Origin: a bacterium
Lineage (GTDB): Bacteria > RBG-13-61-14 > DATKZS01
Direction: 5' to 3'
DNA length: 42,083 nucleotides
Assembly: GCA_046484135.1 (NCBI GenBank)
Contig: JAWOBU010000007.1
Location: 1 to 42,083 of the forward strand
The notes beneath the pieces were generated by a model. That model saw only the letters and a program-made list of their open reading frames with translations, searched no databases and was not told where the DNA came from. This document shows positions 1-9,716 of the stretch, one piece after another. Numbering within the stretch: the stretch's first letter is position 1; each line of letters starts with the position of its first letter. Position numbers and translations under genes: made by a program.

Positions 1-524
1 TCAGGCTCTTGAAGAATGGGCTTCTCGGGTCGGGGAGGCGGCGGTGGAGGAGCAGCCGGCTTTGCAGGAGCTTTGTTTTCAACTTGGTCTGAAGGTTGAG
101 GTTCTTCCGGCGCACCCTCAGCGGCTTCTTCCTTTACCGCCCCCTTCGAATGCTGTTCTTTTTTCGTGTCCCCGCTTTTGTGGGCTTCAAGCCCGAGGGC
201 CTGGCAGTAGGATTCGATCTTGCCGAGCTCCACCTCCAGGCCGCTTATGGTTTTCCTGGTCTCGTCCGTAAAGGCCACGATCATACCCGGCTTCTTGCCG
301 GTCTTCCTGGCCGACTCCCGGTCAATGGATTTCTCCACCACCGCGTATAAGCTTACGGGTTGGGAAAGGTGTGGTACGCTGGTTTGAAGGCAAACAACCT
401 TACCCTCTGCCGGAGGGTTGGACATGGGCACGGCCAGCTTGCCCTTCCGGATGAAGCGGTAATCTTTCAAAAACCTGGCTTCGTCCGGATAATTCAACTT
501 AATGGTTTTATATGGCTTTTCCAT
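1..524 (-). CDS. Partial protein: N-terminal degenerate PilZ-like domain followed by an acidic/Pro-rich linker; runs off the window edge
   Basis: Not in the ORF track because it has no stop in the window. Manual translation from ATG at 524 gives MEKPYKTIKLNYPDEARFLKDYRFIRKGKLAVPMSNPPAEGKVVCLQTSVPHLSQPVSLYAVVEK...KKPGMIVAF...PAAPPPPPPRPEKP, open to base 1. The pattern resembles deltaproteobacterial PilZ-type domains ending in PGMxVxF. Confidence 0.6.
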   Translation of the reverse strand, partial: MEKPYKTIKLNYPDEARFLKDYRFIRKGKLAVPMSNPPAEGKVVCLQTSVPHLSQPVSLYAVVEKSIDRESARKTGKKPGMIVAFTDETRKTISGLEVELGKIESYCQALGLEAHKSGDTKKEQHSKGAVKEEAAEGAPEEPQPSDQVENKAPAKPAAPPPPPPRPEKPILQEP

Positions 525-696
525 GTAACAGTAGATGCCGGGAGGCCTGCTACTACAGCCTTTCCTTTTCGCCGGAACTCCGAACTCTCTAGGTTATAAG
601 TATATCTCAGGCTGAATAGCAAGGCAACTACTGTAAACAATCGTGATGATGCGATATGATTCAAAAAAAATCCCGCTCTTACAAAAGGAGAAAATA

Positions 697-2448
697 ATGA
701 AAAAGTGCTCGGTTATTGTGGCGGCCGCTTTGTTCTTTTTTATGAGCAGCAACACCATAAAGGCGGAGGGCGAGAAGGTAACCTATGCATCTCTTATCAA
801 TGACATGGTGTCCCTGACGGGCCTTTGCCGGGCGTTCCCTGCCGGCACTGACCTGGTCCAGTTTTCGAGCTATGACCGGGGCTCGAAAACCAGAGACGGC
901 AAGCCGAACGTAAGGGAGCTGGGTCCGGACTCTGATTTTGACATCCGGGCGGGGGAGGATGTGCTGGGATGGTGGTCCAACTCGGACCTGGGCAACTATC
1001 TCCGAAAGGAAAAGACCGAACGCGGCTTCGAGTATGTCATGGCCGAGTCTGACCGGCCGGGGGCCATAGTGCGCATGTGGTCGGCAAACCCGGCCGAGGC
1101 GGTGTGGCGTATTTACATTGACGGCTCGGAAGAGCCGGCAATCGAGGCCTCGGGCGAAGAGCTTCTGGGCGGGGAAGTAAGTCCCTGGTCCGAGCCGTTT
1201 ACCGGAAGGCGCAACCGCGGCTACAACCACATCTTTCCCCTGCCCTTTGCGGAATCAATAAAAGTTACGGCGGCACACCCGGACGAAAAAGCCGAAGCCC
1301 CCATGATGTTCTATCACGTGGACCTCAGGCTCTACCCGAAAGGAACGCGCGTCGAGCCCTTTTCATGGGAAGTACTGGAAGAACTCGAACCAAAGATTTT
1401 TCGAGTATCCCGCATCCTTTCCGAACCTGACCAGCACTACCCTTACCCCGACGGGAAGCAGGAAAAGGCAAACGTCTCACTTTCTCCCGGACAATCCGAA
1501 ATCGTGCTGGAGCCGCACGAACCCGCGGCCCTGACCCGCCTGGAAATCCTGGTGCATGCTTCGCAAAAAGAACTCCCGCGGGTACTTGCCAAAACCATGA
1601 TCGCCATGACCTGGGACAATGAAGATATGCCTTCAGTGGCGGTGCCGATGGGAGACTTCTTCGGGGCCTATCCGGGCGCGCCTGAAATGGAGAGCCTTCC
1701 CTGCTCCATAAGGGCGAGTGATAACGGCGCCGAACTCATAAGCAGGTGGGTCATGCCCTTCCGGAAAAAAGCGCGAATCAGCCTTCATAACATGAGCGAC
1801 TTACCGCTGGAAGCGGATGTGGAAGCCACGGTCTCGGACTTCTCGTTCGGCCCGGACTCCCTATACTTTAACGCCGGCTTTTACGAGAAGAACAGAATCA
1901 TGACCCGGCCGTTCCAGGACCTGACCATGGCAGACATCCACGGGCGGGGACATTTCGTGGGACTGGAGATGAACGTGAACAACCACGTCGAGCTTTTCTG
2001 GTGGGGCGAAGGCGACGAAAAGATATGGGTGGATGATGATGATTTCCCCTCCATCTTCGGCACGGGCACCGAGGATTACTTCGGCTATGCCTGGGGCTTC
2101 CAGTTTTTAAAATTCACTCACGCCTATCACGGCATCCCGGTACCAACCCGCGAATCAGTCGAACTCCTCCTTCACGACGCCATACCAGTGCCCGGCCTGT
2201 GGGAGAAGCTCTCGCTCGCCACCGAACACGCCGCCGCGGTCTCCCAGTACCGCTGGCAAATCCTCGACGCCATTCCCTTTGACAGCTCGCTTCGATTCGA
2301 CATGGAGCTATGGCACCAAGCCTACGGGCCGGTGGACGTAAACGCGACCTCCTACTGGTACGCCCGGCCGGGAAGCAAAAGCCAAGCAGGTGTACCCGAC
2401 CTGAAGGGCCGTAAAGTATGGAAGGCGAGCTGGTCTTTATTGCACTGA
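697..2448 (+). CDS. Secreted DUF2961 / glycoside hydrolase family 172 protein
   Basis: AAGGAG RBS before ATG 697; signal peptide MKKCSVIVAAALFFF...IKA; motifs QFSSYDR, GPG-like PGAIVRMWSAN, VPMGDFFG and WWGEGDEKIWVD...IFGTGTEDYFGYAW typical of DUF2961. Confidence 0.85.
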   Translation: MKKCSVIVAAALFFFMSSNTIKAEGEKVTYASLINDMVSLTGLCRAFPAGTDLVQFSSYDRGSKTRDGKPNVRELGPDSDFDIRAGEDVLGWWSNSDLGNYLRKEKTERGFEYVMAESDRPGAIVRMWSANPAEAVWRIYIDGSEEPAIEASGEELLGGEVSPWSEPFTGRRNRGYNHIFPLPFAESIKVTAAHPDEKAEAPMMFYHVDLRLYPKGTRVEPFSWEVLEELEPKIFRVSRILSEPDQHYPYPDGKQEKANVSLSPGQSEIVLEPHEPAALTRLEILVHASQKELPRVLAKTMIAMTWDNEDMPSVAVPMGDFFGAYPGAPEMESLPCSIRASDNGAELISRWVMPFRKKARISLHNMSDLPLEADVEATVSDFSFGPDSLYFNAGFYEKNRIMTRPFQDLTMADIHGRGHFVGLEMNVNNHVELFWWGEGDEKIWVDDDDFPSIFGTGTEDYFGYAWGFQFLKFTHAYHGIPVPTRESVELLLHDAIPVPGLWEKLSLATEHAAAVSQYRWQILDAIPFDSSLRFDMELWHQAYGPVDVNATSYWYARPGSKSQAGVPDLKGRKVWKASWSLLH

Positions 2449-2767
2449 GACCGGCTTGCCGTTGCGAAGAAACCGTGCTTTTAGCGGCTGAAGCCCTCGC
2501 ACCTGCGAGGTTACTTCTTAAGCTGGCAGTAAAACAAAGAATGTTACTGCTGTCCGTGTGTACATCTGTGAAATTAAGATTTACTTTGCCTTTCTCCTTT
2601 GAAAATTTTTAACGGTTGTATTAATCAACACTTAGACTTTACATCGCCTGAAAATAAACTACCCTAGAAATTTCCGGGTACGCCGCAGTCTATAGGAAAC
2701 GATATTCGCTGTACGCCTTTGCGGCATGGCGTGCATACGCAGCAAGCGAGAGAAAAAGGAGGAACCA

Positions 2768-4600
2768 ATGAACGAAAAGCCGAGGGTACTCTTAACAGCC
2801 AACTACGGTCCGAACGAATTGATCCACGGCAAGGACATGACCGACTTGATGAACACCCGGTGGATGCGCGGTCACGGTCCTTTTGAAATGAACATGTACG
2901 GGCATTACTTCGCCTTGTACCTTATCGCCGAGAACATCTCCAACCCCTCGACGGTCCTGGAGAACCCGGAGTGGGAAGAGTTCGACCGGGAGCTTGACGA
3001 AGGCTACGATTATGTGTGCTTTCAATTGAAAAGCGTGCATACCGACAAGATCGCCCGGATGATCAAGCGTATCCGCGAGAAGAGTCCCGGCACCAAGGTG
3101 GTGGTAGGCGGCTACGGCGTGGGCACACTTGGAAGCCCTGTTCCCGGCGACGTAAACGGGGACGCGGCTTACATCCGGGAAGAGTCTGATTATCTTTGTC
3201 GCGGCGAAGGGGTTCGGTTCATGCGGGAGCTGCTCGAAGACGAACCGGTTGACCGGGAGATCACGCAGTATGATGTCCCGACCTTTGCCCTGGGCGGTTT
3301 CTTCGGCAAAGCGGGCGTGCATTTGCGCATCCCCACCATCCTGGTCAGCCTGGGCTGTCCGAACGGATGCGACTTCTGCAACACCAGCGCCATGTTCAAC
3401 CACCGGAAAATCCGGGTGGCCGAGCCGGAGCAGGTGTACCGCTACATCAAAAACTACCAGAAGCGGCTCAACTTCCAACAGATAATCGTGATGCTCTGGG
3501 ACGAGGATTTCTTCCAGGACCCGGAGTACGTGCGGGAGCTGGGCCGCCTGCTCCGGGAGGACAGGAAGACCTGGGGAGTCAAGTATTACACCTTTGGCTC
3601 GATCCAGTCGCTCTCTCAGTTTTCCGCGGAGGAAATAAGAGACTGCGGCTGCCAGATGATCTGGATCGGGGTGGAGAGCTTCCAGAGCGGGCCGGACCAG
3701 ACCGTGGACCATTACCAGAAGCGGGGCGGCAAAGAGGTCAAGCAAATTTTCGATGACCTGCAGAAGCACGGCGTGCAGCCCACCGGCTCGCTGGTACTGG
3801 GCCTGGACTTCCATACCAGGGAGAACCTGAAAGACGACATAGACAGGTTCGTGGACTTAAAGCCCATGTTCTACCAGGTCTCTCACGTACTGCCTTGTCC
3901 CGGGACCGCGTTGTATGACCGCATGATAGAAGAGAACACTATTAACGACGACTATAAATGGAAAGACTTACATTTCTGGAGCAGCCACCTTATCAAATAT
4001 AAACACCTCGATAAGGCAGAGGCGGACGAGATGTTCAAGTATGCCCATGACCAGCTTCGCGACGTGAACGGTCCTCCCACCCTCCAGATGATGGAAAGCC
4101 TCCTGGACTCCTACCAGCGTCTCAAGGACAAGCCCGACAAGTTCCACCGGGCCCAGGCCAAACGGGACCAGCTTATAGCTTTCGGCTTTTCCGCGTTCCT
4201 GGAGTCCATAAAAGAGCACCATCCAAGCCAGGCGGTCCGGGAAAGGGCCCGGATGCTCTCCGAGCGTTGCGAGCGGGAGATCGGAGAACCCAAAGAGCTG
4301 AAGAAAGACATGGTCAAGGCCATCGGCCGTTACATTTCCCGCAACATGGGCGACAAGATCAACTCATGGCCCGAACCCCTGACCTCAGACCCGCCCACCC
4401 GCTGGAGCTACTACCATACCTTTGACGACCGGGTCTGGGTCAAAAAAGGAAGTCAGGATAAAGACCCCGAGCCTTACCAGGACGGCTGGTTCGTTGCCGG
4501 AGAGAAGTTGTCCGAGGTCATAGAAGAGGTAAAAGCCGAGCTTAGTAAAAAGCCCGCTCATGAAGAAGAATTAACCCAGGAGGAGACGTCATGCCGATAA
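2768..4600 (+). CDS. Cobalamin-binding-domain radical SAM protein
   Basis: GCPNGCDFC CxxxCxxC motif; N-terminal B12-binding-like segment (YDYVCF...KVVVGGYG); WIGVES and PCPGTALY motifs; AGGAGG RBS before ATG 2768. Confidence 0.85.
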   Translation: MNEKPRVLLTANYGPNELIHGKDMTDLMNTRWMRGHGPFEMNMYGHYFALYLIAENISNPSTVLENPEWEEFDRELDEGYDYVCFQLKSVHTDKIARMIKRIREKSPGTKVVVGGYGVGTLGSPVPGDVNGDAAYIREESDYLCRGEGVRFMRELLEDEPVDREITQYDVPTFALGGFFGKAGVHLRIPTILVSLGCPNGCDFCNTSAMFNHRKIRVAEPEQVYRYIKNYQKRLNFQQIIVMLWDEDFFQDPEYVRELGRLLREDRKTWGVKYYTFGSIQSLSQFSAEEIRDCGCQMIWIGVESFQSGPDQTVDHYQKRGGKEVKQIFDDLQKHGVQPTGSLVLGLDFHTRENLKDDIDRFVDLKPMFYQVSHVLPCPGTALYDRMIEENTINDDYKWKDLHFWSSHLIKYKHLDKAEADEMFKYAHDQLRDVNGPPTLQMMESLLDSYQRLKDKPDKFHRAQAKRDQLIAFGFSAFLESIKEHHPSQAVRERARMLSERCEREIGEPKELKKDMVKAIGRYISRNMGDKINSWPEPLTSDPPTRWSYYHTFDDRVWVKKGSQDKDPEPYQDGWFVAGEKLSEVIEEVKAELSKKPAHEEELTQEETSCR

Positions 4601-5508
4601 TCCGGACCCCGGAAGAAAGATTCGAGAACCTTCCCGGCTTCCCCTATGAGCCGCGCTACGTAGAGGTCGGCGGGATGCGCATGCATTACGTGGATGAAGG
4701 CTCGGGCGAGGTCGTACTTTGTCTGCACGGCGAGCCCACCTGGGGGTATCTTTACCGCAAGATGATCCCCCTGCTCGCAGAGAGGCACCGGGTGGTGGTG
4801 CCGGATTTCATCGGGTTCGGCCGGTCGGACAAGCTCACCGAGGTGGAAGAGTACACCTACAAGATGCACCGCGATTCCATGATCGGCTTTATCGAATCCC
4901 TGGACTTGAAAAACATTACCGTTGTGGTACAGGACTGGGGAGGACTGGTGGGTCTTCGGGTGGTAAGCCTGATCCCGGAGCGGTTCTCCCGCCTCGTTAT
5001 CATGAATACCGGCCTTCCCACCGGCGAAGGTCCGCTCCCCGAAGCGTTCGTGCATTGGCGGAACTTTGTCGAGTCCACCGAGGACCTGCCCGTCGGAAAG
5101 ATAATGAAGTCCGCCTTTCACGGCCTGGACGCCGAGAACCCCGTAGGAAAAGGCTCGGGCATGCCAGACCAAGTGGTGGCCGCCTATGAAGCGCCCTTCC
5201 CTTCCGCGGAGTACAAAGCGGGGGCCAAAGCCTGGCCGCTCCTGGTGCCGGCCAGACCGGAGGACGAAGCAGCCCCGGAGTTGAAAGCGACCCAGGAGTT
5301 CCTGCCCACCTGGAACAAGCCGGCCCTGGTCATGTTCTCGGACGGAGACCCCATCACCAGGGGCGGGGACGTGTATTTCCGCCATTTCCTTCCCACCGCC
5401 AAAGAACAGCCCGAAATTACCATCAAGAACGCAGGCCATTTTCTCCAGGAAGAGAAAGGAGAGGAGATAGCAGGCCACATACTCGACTTCATGGAGCGAA
5501 CCCCTTAA
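4591..5508 (+). CDS. Haloalkane dehalogenase (HLD-I/DhmA-like alpha/beta hydrolase)
   Basis: RTPEERFENLP start, HGEPTWGYLYRKM, PDFIGFGRSDK, nucleophile QDWGG, acid FSDGDPI, base AGHFLQE. Overlaps the upstream gene by 10 nt. Confidence 0.9.
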   Translation: MPIIRTPEERFENLPGFPYEPRYVEVGGMRMHYVDEGSGEVVLCLHGEPTWGYLYRKMIPLLAERHRVVVPDFIGFGRSDKLTEVEEYTYKMHRDSMIGFIESLDLKNITVVVQDWGGLVGLRVVSLIPERFSRLVIMNTGLPTGEGPLPEAFVHWRNFVESTEDLPVGKIMKSAFHGLDAENPVGKGSGMPDQVVAAYEAPFPSAEYKAGAKAWPLLVPARPEDEAAPELKATQEFLPTWNKPALVMFSDGDPITRGGDVYFRHFLPTAKEQPEITIKNAGHFLQEEKGEEIAGHILDFMERTP

Positions 5509-5539
5509 AATAGAGCCTGTCTATTAAGGAGGAACTGCC

Positions 5540-6253
5540 ATGGAGGACTCCATCCGTTTGCTCTACAGCAAAGGCAAGGAAGCTTTCGAGAACAAGGACT
5601 ACGAAAAGGCCCTGGCGACCTTCGAAAAGCTCACCCAAGAGGTGTCTTCCTTTGCCGACGTTTGGAACATCATGGGCCAAATTTACCACAGCAAGGGAGA
5701 CCTGAAACAGGCTGTCCGCGCCTTTGAGAAATCCCTGTCCCTGAACCCGGCTTACGCGGACGCCCGCTTTAACCTGGCCATCCTCTACTCCGACATCGGC
5801 GAGTACGACAAGGCGGAGAAGCTCTACCAGATGGCAAAAGCCGAACCTCCGGGCGAGGGAGACCAGCGCATCCCCGACCCCTACGTCAGGGGAAAGCTCG
5901 CCAATATGCACGCCGACCTGGGAGACGCATACCACGGCCTGGCAGTATACGAGGACGCGGAAAGAGAGTATGCAAAAGCCCTTGAGCTACGGCCCGAGTT
6001 CCCCGATGTCCGGACCAGGCTCGCCCGCGTGCTTTTTGATGCAGGCAAAAGGGAAGAAGCAGTGGAAGAACTGAACCGGGTAAAACAAAACAGGCCGGAC
6101 TACGCCCCCGCCCGGATCCAGCTCGGAGTGTTCCTTTTTTCCCTGGGGAAAAAAGAAGATGCCCGCGCCGAGTGGAAAGAGCTCCTCGACCAGGACCCGG
6201 AAAACGAAAAAGCAAAGATGTACTTGCGATTGGCGGACAAAACAGGGACATGA
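5540..6253 (+). CDS. Tetratricopeptide repeat protein
   Basis: Several TPR consensus units (e.g. ADVWNIMGQIY...AVRAFEKSLSLNPAYADARFNLAILY; EYAKALELRPEFPDVRTRLA); AGGAGG RBS. Confidence 0.9.
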   Translation: MEDSIRLLYSKGKEAFENKDYEKALATFEKLTQEVSSFADVWNIMGQIYHSKGDLKQAVRAFEKSLSLNPAYADARFNLAILYSDIGEYDKAEKLYQMAKAEPPGEGDQRIPDPYVRGKLANMHADLGDAYHGLAVYEDAEREYAKALELRPEFPDVRTRLARVLFDAGKREEAVEELNRVKQNRPDYAPARIQLGVFLFSLGKKEDARAEWKELLDQDPENEKAKMYLRLADKTGT

Positions 6254-6368
6254 TAAAATAACTCAAAATATGTAACGGGCTGGAAAAAGGCCTGCTAAAG
6301 GCCGGGAAAAAAGCGGACAGCGAAACGCGGACAAAGTGGAATAAGCGAAAGCAAGGGAGGAAGCGATC

Positions 6369-7811
6369 ATGGAATGCCCGTACTGCGGATTCTACCACCT
6401 CGCACCCCAGGAGCGATGTGCAAGGTGCAAGAAACCTCTCACCTCCGAAGAAAACCCGGAAAACCAGAGCACGGGAAACAGCGCCCCGGAAAATGAAAAA
6501 GCGCTCCTTTCTGAGGAAGACGGAGGAGAAGCTCTGGAATCCGGCGCTGATGATGCCGCTGAAGAAGAACCTTCCCCTCGGGAACCCGAAACCATAAGCC
6601 CTGCGGAAAGCGAGCTTGCCGGAGTGGAGCATCCCTCGGACGCTCACGAATCCGAGGAAAAGGCTGATGCGGAGCTCCCCCCTGAATCGTCCGCCCCCGA
6701 GGAGTACGAAGAAGAGGACTCGCAGGAGATAGAAGACTACCCCGAGCCGGCATCCGCGGACTACGCTTATCAGGAGGTTTCCGGCGAAAACACCAGCGAG
6801 CTTGTAAACCAGGCGCTCCAAGAGATTGATCTCGTCTCGGCAAAGCCGGCCAACAAACCGAGGAACCGGGACAACGAGCAAGACGACTCCGGTCCTCTCT
6901 CAGACGAGCCTGTGCTGGCCGCGTTGCTTTCCGACTCGGACGAAACGGAGGAGACCGGCAAAGACTTAGAAGAAGACCATGACGACTCCCCGCCGGCAGC
7001 CGCGGCGGAGGTCCCGGAAACAAGCGGGGCGCCGGAAGAGGACCCTGCCCCCCCAAGCGATGCGGGCCATTCCCGGCCGAGCTTTGAAGAGCCTCCGGTT
7101 TCGGAAAGCCCGAGGGAAGCCAAATCCCGCCGCCAAGATAAGACACCTGCACCGCAAAAACTGTTTGACCACGAAGAATGGGACTCCCCCGAATCATTTG
7201 ACCCGTGGGACACGGAAGACAACGAAGATTCCCGGATCGAGATAAAAAGCAACTCCGCTCTGTTGTCCGGCTCGCGGGAGGGATTTGACGAATTTCCTGA
7301 TAAAGAGGACCGCTCCGGGAACAAGAAAAACGAGCGCCCTAAAAGCCGGCCTTCCAGCAAGGCAAACGCGGCGGAAGAATCAACGTCCGCCAACGGCGGT
7401 TTCCTGCTTCGGCGGGTGCTGTCCGGGGCCATAGACCTGTTGATCTGGTTATGCTTTGGAGGCTTGCTTTACGCGGGCGCCCGCCTGATTGGAGGCCCGC
7501 CGGAAGCGTCCTTGCAACAGTGGCTCGTGATGGTTGTCTTTCCTCTTGCCGTCATGTCCGCCATCCTGGCCATGGTCTACGGCGGCCTGTTCGCCAGCAT
7601 GTCCGGCCGCACTCCCGGCATGATGCTTTGCGGGTCAAGGATGGAAGACCACGAGGGTAAGCGGCCCGGCCTGCCGCGGGCCTTTACCCGGGCGGGCTTT
7701 TACATCCTCTGCCTTGCGCCGTTCGGGCTGGGACTGTTGACCATGCTGGCAGGAGGACCGGAAGGCAACCTGTTCGACCGGATCACCGGCACGCGGGTAA
7801 TAAAAGCGTAA
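6369..7811 (+). CDS. RDD family membrane protein with N-terminal zinc ribbon and long acidic disordered linker
   Basis: N-terminal CPYC-x10-CARC; ~300 aa E/D/P/S-rich linker; C-terminal RDD motifs RRVLSGAIDL, GRTPGMMLCG, LFDRITGTRV. Confidence 0.85.
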   Translation: MECPYCGFYHLAPQERCARCKKPLTSEENPENQSTGNSAPENEKALLSEEDGGEALESGADDAAEEEPSPREPETISPAESELAGVEHPSDAHESEEKADAELPPESSAPEEYEEEDSQEIEDYPEPASADYAYQEVSGENTSELVNQALQEIDLVSAKPANKPRNRDNEQDDSGPLSDEPVLAALLSDSDETEETGKDLEEDHDDSPPAAAAEVPETSGAPEEDPAPPSDAGHSRPSFEEPPVSESPREAKSRRQDKTPAPQKLFDHEEWDSPESFDPWDTEDNEDSRIEIKSNSALLSGSREGFDEFPDKEDRSGNKKNERPKSRPSSKANAAEESTSANGGFLLRRVLSGAIDLLIWLCFGGLLYAGARLIGGPPEASLQQWLVMVVFPLAVMSAILAMVYGGLFASMSGRTPGMMLCGSRMEDHEGKRPGLPRAFTRAGFYILCLAPFGLGLLTMLAGGPEGNLFDRITGTRVIKA

Positions 7812-7874
7812 GCGGTTCATTGCCTCCCGGTCTTTGTTCTACCTTGTGCCGGCATCCTTTTCTGCGACCAAGCT

Positions 7875-9560
7875 TCATTGATTAATCCGGTAGACCCACA
7901 CGGATGCCCCGACCTTCTCAATGGGTCCTCTCTTTTTTAAGCGGGTATAGCATTTCTGTTTTCTGTAAGGGTCTATCCCCAGTACCAGGTTGGCGCTCAC
8001 CGCGAGATAGCCGGGCTTCAGCCTGCAGTCGTCCGGCTCATACGTAACGCCGTACACCGCGGGATCAACAATGCCGAACCAGGCAAGGGACAGATTGTCC
8101 ACGTTATTTTTTTCCTGCCACTTTTTAAGGCGTATCCAGTCCTGTCCCCAGTCCAGGTTGGAGTCGGCCAGAAAGCGGTGGCCGTGATGAGGAAGCGAAG
8201 GACCGCCAGCCAGTTCGTTGAAAGCGGAAATGTAGTGGGGGTACGCAAAAATCGCGTATGCCGCGTGCCAGCCAAGCAGGGCCAGAACAAGAAAGCGGAG
8301 TAAGAGCTTGTGCTTTTCCCGACCTTTTTCCCAAAGCCTTGCTGCCGGGCAGCCTCCGCAGACAAACATGAAAGGAAGGGCAGGCAATATCATCCTGATC
8401 CCCATCTGCTTGTCGGTTACTGCGCTCATGAAAAGGAGAAAGAAAACCGCGGGAAAAACGGCCCAGATAAGCCGCCTTGAGTCCCGCGTCACAACCCCGG
8501 CAACGAAAAGAAACAGCACGGGCATAGAAGCCTTGAACAGAAGGCAGGCAGGAAAGTACCAGAACGACGGTTCCCGGAGACCGAAAAGATACGACTGGTG
8601 CGCGCCGAGCACGTCGGAGAACTGCAGGTCCATGGCCTTTATGTACGCGGCCGGCAGAGGAATCCGAAGCCAATCCGGCAGGGAGTTGATCCGGCCTAGC
8701 AAGGGGGACGAAAGCGTGATATTGGAAGGCGAGAGGAACACCCCCTGAAAAAGGTAGAACCCGCAAAGCACGAGCCAGGAAATGAACAGGACGGCCGCAA
8801 TATCAAGGGCCGTGCGGGCGATATGGCGCGGTCTTTCCTCTTCGATCTCTTCGACCCCGACATGCCTTGGCGGAAACGTTAAAAGGAGCAGTCCGGCGGG
8901 CAAAAAGATAAGGGCGTTGAACTTGGAAACAAAAAGCAGGGAAAAGCTGAAACCGGCAAGGACAAGAGCAGGAAGGGTTTGCCGGGAGCGGTAATGTAAT
9001 ACTCCCGTGACCATGGCCACTCCCGCGGTGGCGGCGGAAAGGTCGGTGGTTACAAGTCCCCCGTGGGCCAGCAGTGCAGGGGACAGGCAATATAGAAACA
9101 ATGCGATTACTCCGGCCCGCCGGTCCTGAATCTTCGCGGCCAGAAGATACACCAAAAGAGCGGTACAACCGGACAGGATGCAGACCACGGCCCGGCCGCT
9201 CATGAAGAGGCCGTGATACCTGTCCCGGTTCTGGTTCATGAAGTTAAGGCCGCGGAACCAGAAGTCCACCGGGTGGCCGGGAGAAGCCGCATCAAAGTTG
9301 ACCGAGCGAAAGAAAAGTGGAATAGCGGCCAGGCTTCTTTGCAAAGGAGGGTTCAGTAAGAGCCAGTCGGAGTTGCCGGAGTCGAGGTACCCGTATCCGA
9401 TCGCAAGGTGGCTGGCCTCGTCCGAAGTGACCGAGGTCTTACTGAGCGATGCCAGCAGCAGTCCCAGATGGACCGCGATCAGAACGGTTAGAAGACACAC
9501 ATGAAGACGCCCGGCCCCCAAGCGGAGGAAGACGCTGCCGGCTTTACGAGTGGAAATCAT
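7875..9560 (-). CDS. Membrane glycosyltransferase, GT39/GT83 (PMT/ArnT-like, GT-C fold)
   Basis: TSDEASHL (DE motif after first TM), NPPL, LLAHGGLVTTD, SKFNAL, LADSNLDWGQD; many TM helices. Confidence 0.85.
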   Translation of the reverse strand: MISTRKAGSVFLRLGAGRLHVCLLTVLIAVHLGLLLASLSKTSVTSDEASHLAIGYGYLDSGNSDWLLLNPPLQRSLAAIPLFFRSVNFDAASPGHPVDFWFRGLNFMNQNRDRYHGLFMSGRAVVCILSGCTALLVYLLAAKIQDRRAGVIALFLYCLSPALLAHGGLVTTDLSAATAGVAMVTGVLHYRSRQTLPALVLAGFSFSLLFVSKFNALIFLPAGLLLLTFPPRHVGVEEIEEERPRHIARTALDIAAVLFISWLVLCGFYLFQGVFLSPSNITLSSPLLGRINSLPDWLRIPLPAAYIKAMDLQFSDVLGAHQSYLFGLREPSFWYFPACLLFKASMPVLFLFVAGVVTRDSRRLIWAVFPAVFFLLFMSAVTDKQMGIRMILPALPFMFVCGGCPAARLWEKGREKHKLLLRFLVLALLGWHAAYAIFAYPHYISAFNELAGGPSLPHHGHRFLADSNLDWGQDWIRLKKWQEKNNVDNLSLAWFGIVDPAVYGVTYEPDDCRLKPGYLAVSANLVLGIDPYRKQKCYTRLKKRGPIEKVGASVWVYRINQ

Positions 9561-9646
9561 CCTTCAAAACATCTGCTTTTCTAGCACCGCTGTCCCGGTA
9601 AGTCAAAGGAATTGAAGAAAGAGAATGGTTTTCAAATGGCCGTCTC

Positions 9647-9675
9647 TTGACAGTCGGGTAAAGGGAATATACTAT
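9647..9675 (+). promoter_or_regulatory. Sigma70-type promoter of the tetR-MFP-RND operon
   Basis: TTGACA (9647-9652), 17 bp spacer, TACTAT (9670-9675). Confidence 0.65.
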
Positions 9676-9686
9676 TTACCACTTAA

Positions 9687-9704
9687 ACTGACCGCTCGGT
9701 CGGT
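9687..9704. promoter_or_regulatory. Putative TetR operator palindrome
   Basis: ACTGACCG-CT-CGGTCGGT, an inverted repeat with one mismatch, lying between the -10 box and the tetR RBS (AAGGAGG). Confidence 0.65.
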
Positions 9705-9716
9705 AAGGAGGCCTGC

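Noticed and set aside
2494..2503. CCCTCGCACC, identical to the 3' end of tRNA-Leu (17050-17059), as a possible att site
   Set aside because: Only 10 bp, located upstream of the tRNA rather than downstream, part of a local hairpin, and no integrase is present; probably chance.
2449..2767. Possible cobalamin/SAM riboswitch upstream of the B12 radical SAM gene
   Set aside because: Short hairpins exist, but I could not find the B12-box or SAM-I consensus. An Rfam scan would settle it.
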